In this document: positions 1 to 11,753 of the stretch, in pieces
Layout: the number at the start of each line of letters is the position of its first letter
Position numbering within the stretch: position 1 is the first letter of the stretch
Source of the DNA: Moniliella sp. 'wahieum'
Taxonomy: Eukaryota
Length of the DNA: 64,000 bases
Reading direction: 5' to 3'
Assembly: GCA_003971905.1 (NCBI GenBank)
Contig: RSEE01000049.1
Location: 248,001-312,000, forward strand
The notes under the pieces: model-generated
The model's database searches: none
What the model was told of the DNA's origin: nothing
The model's input: the letters and a program-made list of their open reading frames with translations, nothing else
Position numbers and translations under genes: made by a program

Positions 1-42
1 TGCCGTTGTGGCGCCAACGTCTACATGCGGGTGCCAATGACC

Positions 43-72
43 ATGATGCATGATGCATGATGCATGACGTCA
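43..72. repeat. Palindromic heptamer array (ATGCAT-G)x3 ending in TGACGTCA
   Basis: ATGCAT at 46-51, 53-58 and 60-65, each separated by a single G. Confidence 0.85.
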
Positions 73-975
73 GTGCATCGTCGGTCACTGGTCGCATGAT
101 GATGCATGATACATCGTGGCAAGTCGTTGTGGCCGGTGACGCGGTGACGACCACTGAGTACCTCAGTAACCGATCAGAGGTCCGATTTCAAAACTGCTCC
201 ATACTGTCTTCATTAGCTTCATTGTTCCGCCGCTTTTGGCCCGCCCTGGTGGTGTTGCACCGTGGCTATTATTGTGAGGGGCACTGCCCTCGTTAGAGGT
301 TTGGTTTAGGCTCCGCCTCCTGTGCCCCGCGCGCGTCTCCTATCCGTGGCGCCTCCACCACCTCTCCACCTTGTTCCAATTGTAAGCCGCACGTGTAGTA
401 GACGCCGCTGGCGCATTCCTCTGTTCTTCCCTACCACCTACGACCTACCACCGCCACCTTTTTGCTCAACTCTTTACCTCGTTCTCGGTCATCTGCTTCT
501 GGCAGCCCAAACCGCGCCGTCTGCCTGCCGTAGTACGTCGCTACATTGGCCCCTGGTGGCGGCTGTAGACCACCACCGCCCCCAATGGGATTGTACAATC
601 ACCCTCGAAGGCCATCAGGACTCCAGGTCTCATTTGAGTGTGGACCGTCTTTTTTGCTTAGCAGAGGACTGGTTGTTGGCCAAAATCAAAGACGAGACAC
701 GTACTGCTCCGCCACAGGTGTGGCTTGTCGCCCCCCCATATACCCCACAGATAATGTGCTGGTGGTCGATCTCCCCTTTCGTCCAAGAGAGCGCCGGGGG
801 CGGAAGGTGCCCCAATACCGATGCCGAGGCAAAGACCCCATCCTTTGATCCATGGACGAAGTGGTGTTGCACAGACGTAGAGTCAATGCCTTCTGTTTAT
901 CACTACTAAAGATAGCGGGGCAAAAGGGGAGGGCAGTGATAGAAGCGGCTTCCATTTACGCAATCTTCAAAAATA

Positions 976-1075
976 TGATCGAACCCGGGATCGAACCGGG
1001 GACCTTACGCGTCTCAACGAGACCTGTTGCTCCAGGATGTGAAGCGTACGTCATGACCAGCTAGACCATCCGACC
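976..1075 (-). tRNA. tRNA-Val(CAC) with 26-nt intron
   Basis: Reverse complement folds as a cloverleaf: GGTCGGA/TTCGATC acceptor stem, D arm GTCTAGCTGGTCATGAC, anticodon stem TACGC/GCGTA with TT-CAC-A, intron at the canonical 37/38 position (1012-1037), T arm CCCGG-TTCGATC-CCGGG. Confidence 0.93.
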
Positions 1076-1384
1076 TTGTATGGCTCCACCTACATGGTTA
1101 TATTATTGAGAACGTTCAAAGGGAGTTACTGAGCTCCATTACAATCCACCACATCCTCTCCGTTCTGCGCTCACTCAACTGTTTAGCGTAATCCTGTCCA
1201 CCAACGCCACGTAACTTTAGTAACGTAGGATGCTGCTTTAGGAAAATGCCACGCAGACAAAGGGGATGACAAACAAGGTGAATGGCAGTGCGAGCAGGTG
1301 GGGAGTAATTAACAACAATTGACTTGACCGGGGAACTTAGGGGTTATTAAAAAATATTTACTTGGGCGCCCTTTATGCCACGAC

Positions 1385-2878
1385 CTAACCGGCGGGCGAG
1401 AGCATGGGTGTGGGTGACCAGCACACGTCGAAGTTCCGCTTGGTCGTACGGGTCGCGCGTGTGGGATGAACGGGAGAAGGGCGTGGCGATGCCGAGGGAG
1501 AGGAAGGGAAGAGGGAGTGGTGGTCGCCAGGGTGAGGATGGGTCGTGGTGCCGTGACCAAACAACCGGCTGCCTAATGACAGTCTCCGCTTCTTGTGCCC
1601 TCCTCCCACTCCTCCCGGATGCGACATGCGACGCGAGGCAGAGCTCATGCCGTCCATAATGTACGGAAAGGGGAACCCACCCGGGTCCCGCTCACTGCTG
1701 CGGGAGGAGGAAAGTGCGAGCGGACTACTGGGTGTTGTAGGCCCCGAACTGGGTAGCAAAGTAAAACCATCGACTTGGTCCTGCTCCTCGGTTGGATTAC
1801 AAGCCACGTGCACCTTGCGCCCAGACCGTTGAAACTCATCGGCCGCCCAATCTACATCGTTCACAATAACGATTTGGCTGTACGGCTTGGCATGCGCCAA
1901 ACGTACCATGGCATCCACTAGCGTCTCCCCATCTTGCGCTTGGTCCACCTCGGTCGATACATAAAATGTCACCTTGGTCTGGTGAGTGCTTGCTGTGTCC
2001 AGCTCCCCGGCCAAAACGATGAGTCGGTCAAGCAATTGTTCGCGCACCTCTTCCCTCGCTTCGTCTTCCATCCGCAAATCGTCAGTGAGCTCCAGAAGCT
2101 GCTCGCTGCCGGATCGAGTCGAGGGTGGGACACTTGCTTCGCTACTAGGAAAGGACGTAGAGCCGCGCCGGGAAGAAGGAAAAAAGGATGCAAAGATGCT
2201 CCCGGCACGAGACTGTCCCGCTCGATCTCGCACCGAACCGATCGAGTCGGCTGAAAGACACAGTTCCCGCTCGGGACTGCTGGCCGCCAACGTGCCAAGC
2301 AAACTGGGGCGGCGTGGTCGGTGTGCCGGTGAAGCGGGACGAGAGACGGTGGTGTGCTGTCGCTGGCAAAAGGTGTCATGGAAGGAACGGATGTAGGAGG
2401 CAGGGAGGATGGACACGCATTCGACGCTCATACTGGCTCGAGCTGGGGAGGAGAGGGAAGAGAAATCGGAATTGGAATTGGAATCGGAATCGGAATGTGA
2501 ATCGGATGACGGAGGGCAGCGGAGAGATGCGTTGGTCAGGTACGCAGCCACATCGTGCCCGACGGACTGGAGGGCATGAATGGAGCGTGAATGGTCCGAG
2601 TCCAGCAGAGACCCTGCCTCGTCTTGTGTGCATGCAGAGAAGACCGGGGGGAGCGGAGACGGCGGAGAGGAACCCTGATGCGAGGGTGGGGGGGAGTGGG
2701 AGGGCGAGTGGGAAAAGGGGCCTTGGGGCGGGGGGGAGCGCTGGGGTAGGCCGGGTGGGCATGGGCGAAAGATGGGCTGGTAGAGGAGGAGCACGGGAAG
2801 CGGCGCCGAGGAAGCAGACTTGGACACAGGCATGCAGGCGGCGGTGGGCTTGGGTCTGGGGAAGGCAATCCCGGTCAT
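1385..2878 (-). CDS. Hypothetical S/P-rich protein, possibly with a degenerate NYN/PIN-like domain
   Basis: Uninterrupted ~500-codon ORF with first ATG at 2878. Low-complexity segments flank a globular-looking block (TKVTFYVSTEVD...LVDAMVRLAHAKPYSQIVIVNDVDWAADEFQRSGRKVHV). Confidence 0.6.
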   Translation of the reverse strand: MTGIAFPRPKPTAACMPVSKSASSAPLPVLLLYQPIFRPCPPGLPQRSPPPQGPFSHSPSHSPPPSHQGSSPPSPLPPVFSACTQDEAGSLLDSDHSRSIHALQSVGHDVAAYLTNASLRCPPSSDSHSDSDSNSNSDFSSLSSPARASMSVECVSILPASYIRSFHDTFCQRQHTTVSRPASPAHRPRRPSLLGTLAASSPERELCLSADSIGSVRDRAGQSRAGSIFASFFPSSRRGSTSFPSSEASVPPSTRSGSEQLLELTDDLRMEDEAREEVREQLLDRLIVLAGELDTASTHQTKVTFYVSTEVDQAQDGETLVDAMVRLAHAKPYSQIVIVNDVDWAADEFQRSGRKVHVACNPTEEQDQVDGFTLLPSSGPTTPSSPLALSSSRSSERDPGGFPFPYIMDGMSSASRRMSHPGGVGGGHKKRRLSLGSRLFGHGTTTHPHPGDHHSLFPSSPSASPRPSPVHPTRATRTTKRNFDVCWSPTPMLSPAG

Positions 2879-3202
2879 GGTGTCGGTGGTGGCCGAGACG
2901 GGTGCTGTGGCATGGGTGGATGGGAGAGGGCGGGACAAAGGCGAAAGGAGATGCCGGTGTGTGGATCGAGCGGCAAGACTGCGGTTCCAACCTGCTCGTA
3001 CCAGGGAGAGGGTCTGCCTAGGACAGCGTTTAGTAACCGCGCACAGGATCCAGCCAGAGCCAAGACGGAGTCACACGGAGTATAACAAGTACTGCTGCAA
3101 CTGAGGGTCAATCTCTTTCATCCGGCGTCGTCTGGCTCGCACGGGGATTGGATATTCAGCCTGAATGCCTCGGCGCCAGCCAGCCCAACCCCACGGTGTG
3201 TG

Positions 3203-3226
3203 ACTAGTGACTAGTGACTAGTGACT
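3203..3226. repeat. Palindromic heptamer array (ACTAGT-G)x3
   Basis: ACTAGT at 3203, 3210 and 3217, separated by G. Confidence 0.85.
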
Positions 3227-3987
3227 TTGTGACCGCGCGGAGACTGCCCCCATGCGGGCGGGTGCTCTGGGGGAGTGCGTCAGGTAGCATGACCGTGGCC
3301 CCAACATGTGCATCGCAGGAGCACGGCGCGGAGAAGACGGACGAACGCCAAGAGCCATCAGCGCATCAGCTGCTGTTACGCGCTAGGCCGGTTACACCGG
3401 CTCCGCGTTGCCGCTTTTCCCAGCGCTTCCCCCGTTGCGTAAATAAACGCGCTAGTAGTAGCACGCAGCTGATACCCCGCCTTCTCCACGAGCCGCCCCC
3501 GCTTCATCAGTGTAGCTTCACCTGGAGCTTTACTGCCCCCCCCCCGCACGGACAACATTGGGCTGCTGGCCGACGTCAACGTGTCAACCCTCAACGCCCA
3601 GTACTTTGGTCGGCGGACCACACACTTTATATATGCATTTTTCTCTTTTACGCCCATGCCTCGCGGGGCACCCTAACTAGACAGGGGAGCACCAGGGGCG
3701 GCAGGGGAGGGGGGGGAATCGATGAGGTATGTACGGGTGCCGACCAAGTTAGACCAAGGTAAAGGAGAGAGAAGGGGGTTCGGAACTGAAGGTAGTGTTT
3801 TGGGGTGTATAGGAAGGGACAGTGAAGCTGGCGTCCGCCCAGCGGACCAGCCCAGCCAAAAAAAGCAATAAGAAGAGCAAACAAACGTCCACGATCAATG
3901 TAGACACTGAACAGTAAGAGCTAGTACGCAAAGGACAAAAGCAGGTCGTTCAAGGCACGCAGCCAGTATAGATATAGGCAACCTCAT

Positions 3988-6900
3988 CTACCCTTCGCTC
4001 CGTAGGCCACGGAACCGATTCGCGTGCGCCTGAAACGGTTGCGTCGGCGTCATTGAGGTCATTCCCCATTCGGCCGCTGCTTCGGCCGCTGCGGTGGCCG
4101 CTGCATCCGACGCCACCGAGCCAGGACGTGGGGGCACGGGAATGCTGCGGCGCACCGTAGAGGGAGCGCCGAACGAGCGGGCAAACGCGGAGGGAGGCGG
4201 CGAATGAGGGGAGCGAGAGACTCGACCGAAGGTTTGCGCCGTAGGCGAAAAGCTGAGGGCCGAGGGGGGGCTAGGGAGCTGCGCCGCCGAAGGCGTAGCC
4301 GGCGTGGGTGTGATGGACGAAGCGCCGTGCAGCGGCGACGAAGGACTGGCCGCGCGCGACGCGGCACGATAGGAATGCACGTTCCTTTGCCCGTCGGACA
4401 AACGAAGACTGAAAGTAGACCGGTGTCGGTCTTGACTCAAGGTGCTCACCGACTTATGATGGTGGCTCGGGTGACCTCCCCTCGCTTTGGACGTAAAACT
4501 AGGCAGCAACCCACGAGGATGGTCATGCGCATGAGCCAGTGAACCCACATCGTGATCCCCATCGCAGCAGACACGCACATTGTCCAACCCAGATCGACTG
4601 CTGTTGCCATCATCTTCCTCGATCATCGATTCTGCCGTCCGGGCGGGACCACCATCCTCAACTGCCGGCCCGCCCCGCCCCCCGTCCCAGGGCGGCATTG
4701 GGCCTGCCTCAACAAGCTCCGATGAATCCCGACCGCGTGGGCGGGGACTAAGCAGACTGAACCGTCGGCGCGGCGTGTCCAGTTCCTGACTCGCCCTGGG
4801 GTGCGACATGGACATGGCAGATGTGGACCGAGAAGGCTGGGAGCCCTGTGAGCTTGCCGCATTCGTTCGCCACGGTAAGTTCCACCGCTTGATCGACGGA
4901 CTGCGCTCGGCCCAGCGCGACCTGCGTTCGGACGAAGAGCGTCCCATTGGACCCGTGGACAACAGCTGTGGTGTTTCTCCCAATCGAGAGGGCAAAGTCG
5001 AGTAGTCTGCATTCGCCTGTCCCTGTGATACACGACGCGGTGGGATGGACCAAGCAGGCACATCGTTCGCTACCCCCTCGGCCGTCGAGGAAGGCGGCAG
5101 CGAGGTAGGCAGCACGTTGGGCACTGGCAGCTCGAGCGGGGGTAAATCTTGAATTTGCCTATCCCGCATGCGTTCCCGGTCAGTCAAGAAGCGTAGCGCG
5201 GTCAGCCAGGTGCGGTGCGCCTCAGCCGACGGCGCGGTCAGGTGCAGTGCCTGTCCCTGAGGGGACGTAATGACAAGTGACTGGGCATGCAGACTGACAC
5301 TGTGGTCGCCCAGCTGACGCGGTGCTCCGTACAGCGCGCCGTCGGGGTCGTACGCCTGTTCCTCCCGTACCGCGGCGACCTGCATCGACTTGGACTGGCT
5401 CGGGTCGCCGGCCGCTTGGACTGGGGTGGTAGGCGGGTGCCCGTGAGACCAATAAATGCGCATCGTGTAGGGCTGGAGCCAAACAAAGCGCAGGTGCCGT
5501 CGTTCCAAGAGTTTGTTACGTTGTCGCGCGACGCGATGTCCAGTCCGGGCCTCCTCCCCGTCGTCCGACTCGGGCCCGCGCGAAAGCGATCGGGCAACAA
5601 TACTAATCCGACGGGGAAGGCGGGTATACTTGACCATAAACATTCCAATCATCGCCTGGGAGATGGCTTCCATCGTCGCCTGTTGCGGGCGGAAGGATGT
5701 GGCAACGGACGTTGGCGGGATGGAAAAGAACGGTAAGGGCGAGCGGGAAGTATGCTGTGACAAGGCAGGATCCTGCGCTGGGGCGGGGGAGTTGGCTGGG
5801 GAAAGGTTGTCGCGGTCCGTGTCTCGTGGGATGAAGTAAATGGACGAACGAGAATGCTGGTGGGCGTGAAGGTTTGGACGAGGCGATGTATTAGCAACCA
5901 AGTCAGCACGGCTATCGTCCGGCCCTGCTGGGGCCAAGGTAGGCGCCGGACGAGGCGGGGAATTATCGTGGCTCATCGTCGCAGTTGGATAGGCTGCCCT
6001 GTCGGGAGACCCAGGGTTCAAGGGTATGGGGGTATGCTTTCCCAAGGGAGTGGACAGTGGCGGATGCCTGTTTACCGTAGATGGGAATGAGTCCAAACCC
6101 GTGTCGGGAATGGTTTCAGCCACGGTGGACTTCTGGCTTGGCTGGCCATCAATAGGGGTAGACATCCGCGCCGGACGCGTTTCCGCCTGGGATGATGAAG
6201 TGTGGGTATCATCGCGAGGACCGTGGGCTTGGTGATTGTGGTGGTGTCGGTGATGGCGAGGGGAAGAAGAGTGAGGCAAGGCATGGTGGTGTCGTACCGT
6301 TGCATTTGACTGGGGGGAAGACTTCTTCGTGCTGTGCCCAGAACGATGGTCAGAACGGTGGTCAGAACGGTGGTCAGAACGGTGGTCAGAGCGGGCAGAG
6401 GATCGGCGGGAGCGGGACTGGACCCGTGGTCGAAGATGGGAATCATGAGCGAATGAACGCGCATCCATAGGCTCCACATCCGCCTCTGCACCGTCACCAT
6501 CGGAGCTGTGCCTGGTACCAGGGGCATGCGGTGAGGCAGCGACGTGCAACCGACGAAGGGCGAGCGGCTTACTCTGGGGCGCAGAGCGGGATGTTCCCCC
6601 GAGCGGCGAAGATGCTGGGGTTGGGGTCGGGGGAGCAGAGCCACCAGCCGTGGTGTGCGATTCTGAGGGTACCAGTTCAGGTGGGGAATACGTTGGGCGC
6701 AGTGAGCCGCAAGCGGGTGAGCCGCAAGCGGCGTCACAGAGGGAAGTACCGTCCACGGCTCGGTTTGGACTGCTTCATCCACACGGGCTACTTCGTCCGT
6801 TGCAACATTAGCCTCGACCCGGTCGGCGGAGCGAATGCTGTCCTCAGCCGCTGTGCGCTGGGAAGGGCCCAACTTGGTTTCCGCGTGCAGTGGCTGTGGT

Positions 6901-9054
6901 CGTACGGAGCCAGCGCCGCCCTCTGGCTGAACAGGTGGGCCAATGTCCAGAGACGAGAACTGGGAACTCTCATTGGCGTCAAGGAACCGCTCCTCTGTCT
7001 GTTCCCCCGACTCTGGACCAACCTTCAATGGGCTTAAACCCAACGCATTCTGTTCTTCGACACCAGGGGCCGGAACGCCAGAGCGGGCACTCCGATCCTT
7101 CTCGAGGAGCATGCGGAGCGCCGTTCCGTGTTCCTTGACGATTGCCTCGAGCTGTTCCGATAGAGTCTCGGCTGCGGCCGAGAAAAGAGCAGGGTCGACA
7201 CTCGACACACCAGATTGAGACCCCTTTTCTTCTGCTGGCAGAGCCAATTTGAGAGTGGGATCGACGCCTGTTCGGGCCCCCGTACGCGGCACAGCATCCT
7301 TCTCACCTAAGGTGGCAGCCGTAGCACCAGTCGAAGTTGATGCAGAAATTGCTTTAACCTCTTCTCCCACGGAGGAGTGAGCCGCCATCGACTTGTTTCG
7401 GGCAAGATTTGATCTCGCCCGGGTTCTTGGAATGGCTGGCGGACGACGAACCCGAGGAAGACACGAAGATTGTTGTGGTGCTGGCGCGACATGGATCGTC
7501 GGAGGGACGACGTATCGGTCGCCCAATCCGGCAGGGAAAGATGCAGGCGAGGAGGACGGGGGTGGGCAGTACGACTGAGCGAACAGCCGGGTCGCGCAAG
7601 GAAGAAGAGCGGGGCTGCAGAGCAACGAGACGTTGGGCTTCGTCCCTCTGCTCGGCTATCGTCTCTATGTCTCTCTGGGCCCGACGCGCTCGCTCTTCCG
7701 CCTCGCTTGCCTGCTCTTGGTGGCGGCGCAAAGATGCTCGTAAGGCCAGGCACTCATCCTCATACGCCGCACGTGTCTGGGACGCTGCTTGCATAGCAGC
7801 GGTAAGTTCAGAAGATAAACGGGCCACTTTGGCCTCGCTACGAGCCAACGCCGCCCGCATGTCCGAAAGATCGTCTTGGGTCGCTTGATGGGCCATGTGC
7901 AGATCGTATAGCTCGTTGGACACCGAATCTAGATAGACTGCTTGTCAGTGCTCATTTCCCCCCCCCCCGTGCGAAAGAAGAGCAAGCGAACAACAACGTA
8001 CCTTTGGCCTCCTGCACCAACTTGAGTCGATGTTGGTGCTGGCTCAGAGTACGTTCCAAGCTATGAACCGCCTTTTCCCGCTCTGTGCGCGCCTCAGCAA
8101 GGTCAGCTTCAAGCTGGGCAAGCGACTGGTCTGTCTGCTGCTTCAGGTTGGCCGACGCCTTGACCAAAGACGCATTGTACGCCTGTAGCCGACGCAGTTC
8201 GGCCAGAAGCTGGTCTTGCAGTTGGCGAGCAAAAACACTGTCCAGCTCAAGTTGGGCCGTTGGTTTTCCGCGCGAATCCGCCGGGCAAAGGGGGGATTGG
8301 GAAGGGCGACTTGGACTTGGCTGCAGGCTGGGCTCGGCCATGGCAAGACCGGATGGTATGGGTTGCGAAAGGGTGGGAGGGATGTTGCGGCTTCGCCGGG
8401 CGGTTTGGGTCTCGTTCCGACTGGCTCCTTGGGCAAGATCGGAACCAACATGGATGGTGACCTTGGGGCGCCCATCGACCTGCTCGAAAGTGCGTCGGGC
8501 AAGCCAGTCGACGTCGTCGGTGGGGGCTTGGGTACCGGCTTGAATCGCAGCTGTGAGCTGGTGGAGGAGAGCTTGGCGCTGGTGGGAGAAGTGGGTGTGC
8601 TCGTGGCGATGCGTGCCTCCAGCTCGGCGATCTGGGTCATGAGTGCCGTGGCATCCATGCCTACTGTGGGCGGTGCAACCACGGACGGCGGAAGAGACGA
8701 AGAGGTAGAGGCAGAGACAGAAGCATATTGATCGTACTGGCGAGCGCGCCGGACGTCCTGCTCAGCGACCAGACGGGACAGACGGAAGGGCAGCTGGCTG
8801 GCGAGCGCATCGAGCAGCGTCTCGGCGGCAGCCTGTTGGTGCTCGAGCAGGGCGGCAAGGGAGGCGGCAGGGCGGGCCTGCTGGGCGACGTGGGCACGGT
8901 GGTGCTCGAGGCGGCGGCGACACTGGGCTGCCGCAGCGAGGACCGCGGCCGAGGGGAGGTCGGGGGAGGCGGCGTTGCTGGGGGCGCTGGAGGAGGAGGA
9001 GGAGCGGGAGCGCACACTGGCGGCAGTGCTGTCCGCCTCGCTGGCCCACGGCAT
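3988..9054 (-). CDS. NUM1: Num1/ApsA/Mcp5-like nuclear migration protein (cortical dynein anchor); reconstructed across frameshifts
   Basis: N-terminal coiled-coil ORFs (8143-9054, 7952-8341, 7354-7923) are joined by intron 7929-8001 (GTACGT...CTGAC...TAG; splice gives EAK|DSVSNELY). The C-terminal part has an Mcp5-type PH domain (AISQAMIGMFMVKY...ERRHLRFVWLQPYTMRIYWS...AHRTWLTALRFL) and a tail motif LDNVRVCCDGDHDVGSL typical of Num1/ApsA. Confidence 0.8.
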
Positions 9055-9319
9055 GGACCGATGGAGGTGGGGCGGGGCGTGTCAGAGAGGAGGTGGGGGT
9101 GGGTGCGGGCGTGCGGGTGGGGCGGGGGAGGGGCAGGGGCGGCTGAAAGATTGCAGGTGGCATGCCAGGGGTGGCTGGTGCTTGCTGTGGCGCAGCCTGC
9201 CTTACATGTCCCACTGCAAGGGGCACCCAGCCGCTGCAGCCACAAACAAACAAGCCCCTGGCAGCACTCGGTCTGCTGAGTCTCATCTTCACATTGTCTT
9301 CATCTTCATCTTTGTCTTC

Positions 9320-9345
9320 ATCATCATCATCATCATCATCATCAT
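9320..9345. repeat. (CAT)n microsatellite
   Basis: Run of catcatcat... in the intergenic region between NUM1 and ATG5. Confidence 0.9.
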
Positions 9346-9953
9346 CGCCTCCTCCTCTCCATCCTCCTCTCCATCTCTCCTCTCATCTCCATCTTCTGTT
9401 TACCCATCTGATGAACTTGGGGGCTGTACCTTTTCATCGTGTCTGCCGACGGCTGCTCGCTGGATATAGGAAACGTGTGCTCGGGTTGGAACGGCGCCAA
9501 TAAGGCAGTCGCACGGAAGGGGATGCTCTGCCCATGCTGCCGTTCGGGTGCTTGAATGCTGTGTCCTGCCTCTGGCCTGGACGCCCTGGCCTGGATGCGC
9601 TGGCTGGATGCCCAATAGCCGGCGGAGATGGTGGGAGGAGGCTTGTTGCTGCGATTGCATTATACCTAGGTGGGGGATGGGCGATTACCTCAGCACAGTG
9701 CGTATCGCTGCGCCCTGGCCTCTTGGCGGTGCTGTCGCATGTCGCATGCCACATGTCAATGTCACCGCCGCGGTCACGCTCCCCGTGCTGTGTGGCGCCG
9801 CGGCAGCGTACACACGCAGGCCAGCCACCGCCGCCGCCATCGCCGTCTCGAGTGCCCTGCCCACGCCCCTGCCCAGCACGCCTGGCGCCCACACGCGACT
9901 CTCCGCGCCCACCCTTGCGCCCCCACGCCCCGCCCGCGCCTGCCTCCTCCTTC

Positions 9954-11225
9954 ATGGCCGCCTCGTCTGCGCCCCCGCCCGACGTCGCTCTCTTCCGCCG
10001 CACCGTCTGGGAGGCACGCATCCCCGTCGCCATCTTCCTTGACGACGCCCACCTCCCGCCCGGCAGCGACCCTGCACTGGACACCTACTACACCACCGTC
10101 CCCCGCATCTCCTACCTCCCACTCCTCCTCCCAGCCGTCCGCCGCTTCCTTCTGCCCAGGTCGTGCCCTCCCCCTCCTCGACTCCATCCACGACCGCCAG
10201 CTCTCTTCGAAGCCAACGGCGAGCCGCTCAAGTGGCACTGGCCCGTCGGCGTCCTCTATGATGTCCACCACCTCGCCCGCGCGCCCGCCTCTGCCTCTGC
10301 CTCCGCCCCCGTCCCCGCTTTGCCCTGGCGCCTGACCCTCAAGATTGCCGAGGCCAAGCCCCATGACAAGGCAGGATACCATGCATCCGCCACCCACCGC
10401 CGAACTGTGCAAAACCACTTCATGTCCATGCTCAAGGAAGCCGACTTTGTTCACTACGGATCCACCAAGCGCGTTGTCAACCTGCGCCGTCAGGAACAGG
10501 ATGCGCTTTGGGAGGCAATTGTTGAGTGTATGTCCACTTTTGACGTCGAGCATATGTTGATGACCTCCCCCCCCCCTCCCCCCTGCGCGCGCATTGCTCT
10601 TTGTTTGTTCTTGCTCCTGGGACTAACCCGTCTACGTGTGGCAGACAACTTTGACAAGTACTGGGCCGTTGCCTCTAAAGTTTATCCGCCCCCAACCTTT
10701 TCCTCTGGCGTGGGCGGATTGCCACGGCGTGCTCCACTTGGTGGTCCTACGGGAGCTGGGGACGACAAGTCCATTCTCTCCTCAGTCCTTACCACTCATA
10801 CGAACGAGAGCCAAGCCTCGATTCCAGGCTCTCTCTATAGTGTGGCTGTGAGTGAGGCGCCGAGTATGGCGCCCTCCACCTCAGGCGTCGCGGGCGCCGG
10901 TGCTGGTGCTGGTGCCGGAGCTGGGGCGGCGGTGCTGTGGCTGGAGTGCGGGCCCTGCCGATGCGCTTTCACTTGCCTGACAATGCGGGCATGGCACAGG
11001 AAGCCGTCTCGCCTGTCGCCGAGGATGGAAAGAGTCCGCCACGCTGCATTCGGTCCTCAATCCCTCTTCCCTCTTCTTTTTCCTTCGGCCAAGGGGCCCC
11101 ATCCGCCAGCTAGTGCCTTTATCCATGGCGTGCAGATACCCATCGAGGCGCAGCTGTATTGGCTTGGCCTCGCCTTTACGGGGCCCGACGGCTGGCTCTC
11201 GGTTGTGATTCGCATAGATGCCTGA
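9954..11225 (+). CDS. ATG5: Autophagy protein Atg5
   Basis: Motifs FRRTVWEARIP, VPRISYLPLL, PLKWHWPVGVLYD, LPWRLTL, FMSMLKEADF..GSTKRVVNL..QDALWE. Intron 10528-10644 (GTATGT...GACTAAC...CAG). The C-terminal VRALPMRFHLPD segment lies in a shifted frame (compensating indels), followed by IHGVQIP...GPDGWLSVVI. Confidence 0.92.
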   Translation: MAASSAPPPDVALFRRTVWEARIPVAIFLDDAHLPPGSDPALDTYYTTVPRISYLPLLLPAVRRFLLPRSCPPPPRLHPRPPALFEANGEPLKWHWPVGVLYDVHHLARAPASASASAPVPALPWRLTLKIAEAKPHDKAGYHASATHRRTVQNHFMSMLKEADFVHYGSTKRVVNLRRQEQDALWEAIVECMSTFDVEHMLMTSPPPPPCARIALCLFLLLGLTRLRVADNFDKYWAVASKVYPPPTFSSGVGGLPRRAPLGGPTGAGDDKSILSSVLTTHTNESQASIPGSLYSVAVSEAPSMAPSTSGVAGAGAGAGAGAGAAVLWLECGPCRCAFTCLTMRAWHRKPSRLSPRMERVRHAAFGPQSLFPLLFPSAKGPHPPASAFIHGVQIPIEAQLYWLGLAFTGPDGWLSVVIRIDA

Positions 11226-11753
11226 TTTTTATTCTGCTGTGCACCATGCTCCTCCGAGACCTGATCTGTGCGGTGCATTGTAGGCAACGGGGAATCGCGA
11301 TCGGCGAACGTGGAACGGGGGGGATAGAACCGGAATATAGGAGCGGGCACACTATGCGCGCGAGCTGCTAATGAACGCGAGCGTGTCGCGCGTCCGAGGG
11401 AAGCAGGCACAGCGTGCACGGACCGCGCAGTGAGTGAATGCCGCGGTGAACGGTGAGCGGTGAGCCGGCAGCCCTGTGGCCAGAACGCCCAGAACGTGCA
11501 ACCTGCCGCAGGGCATGCACGGCCCTTTGGCGCGAACTACGCCGCGGGGACGTGCGCTCCTATAGAGAGTGTCTGTGCATTGGCCACCCCGACGTTCCAG
11601 GGCCCTCTCACCTCCTTCCGTCCATCGTCATCGTCCAAGGCATGTTTGCCCTCACCATTGCCACGGTCCCATCCCCAGGAATCCCTCTGCGGTATATAAG
11701 TGCACCCTCGGCCCAACTTATCATTCGTCCTCACTCCTCATCGGTCGTCCACC

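Noticed and set aside
322..909. 195-aa ORF upstream of the tRNA
   Set aside because: GTG start, no recognisable motif; such ORFs are expected by chance in GC-rich DNA.
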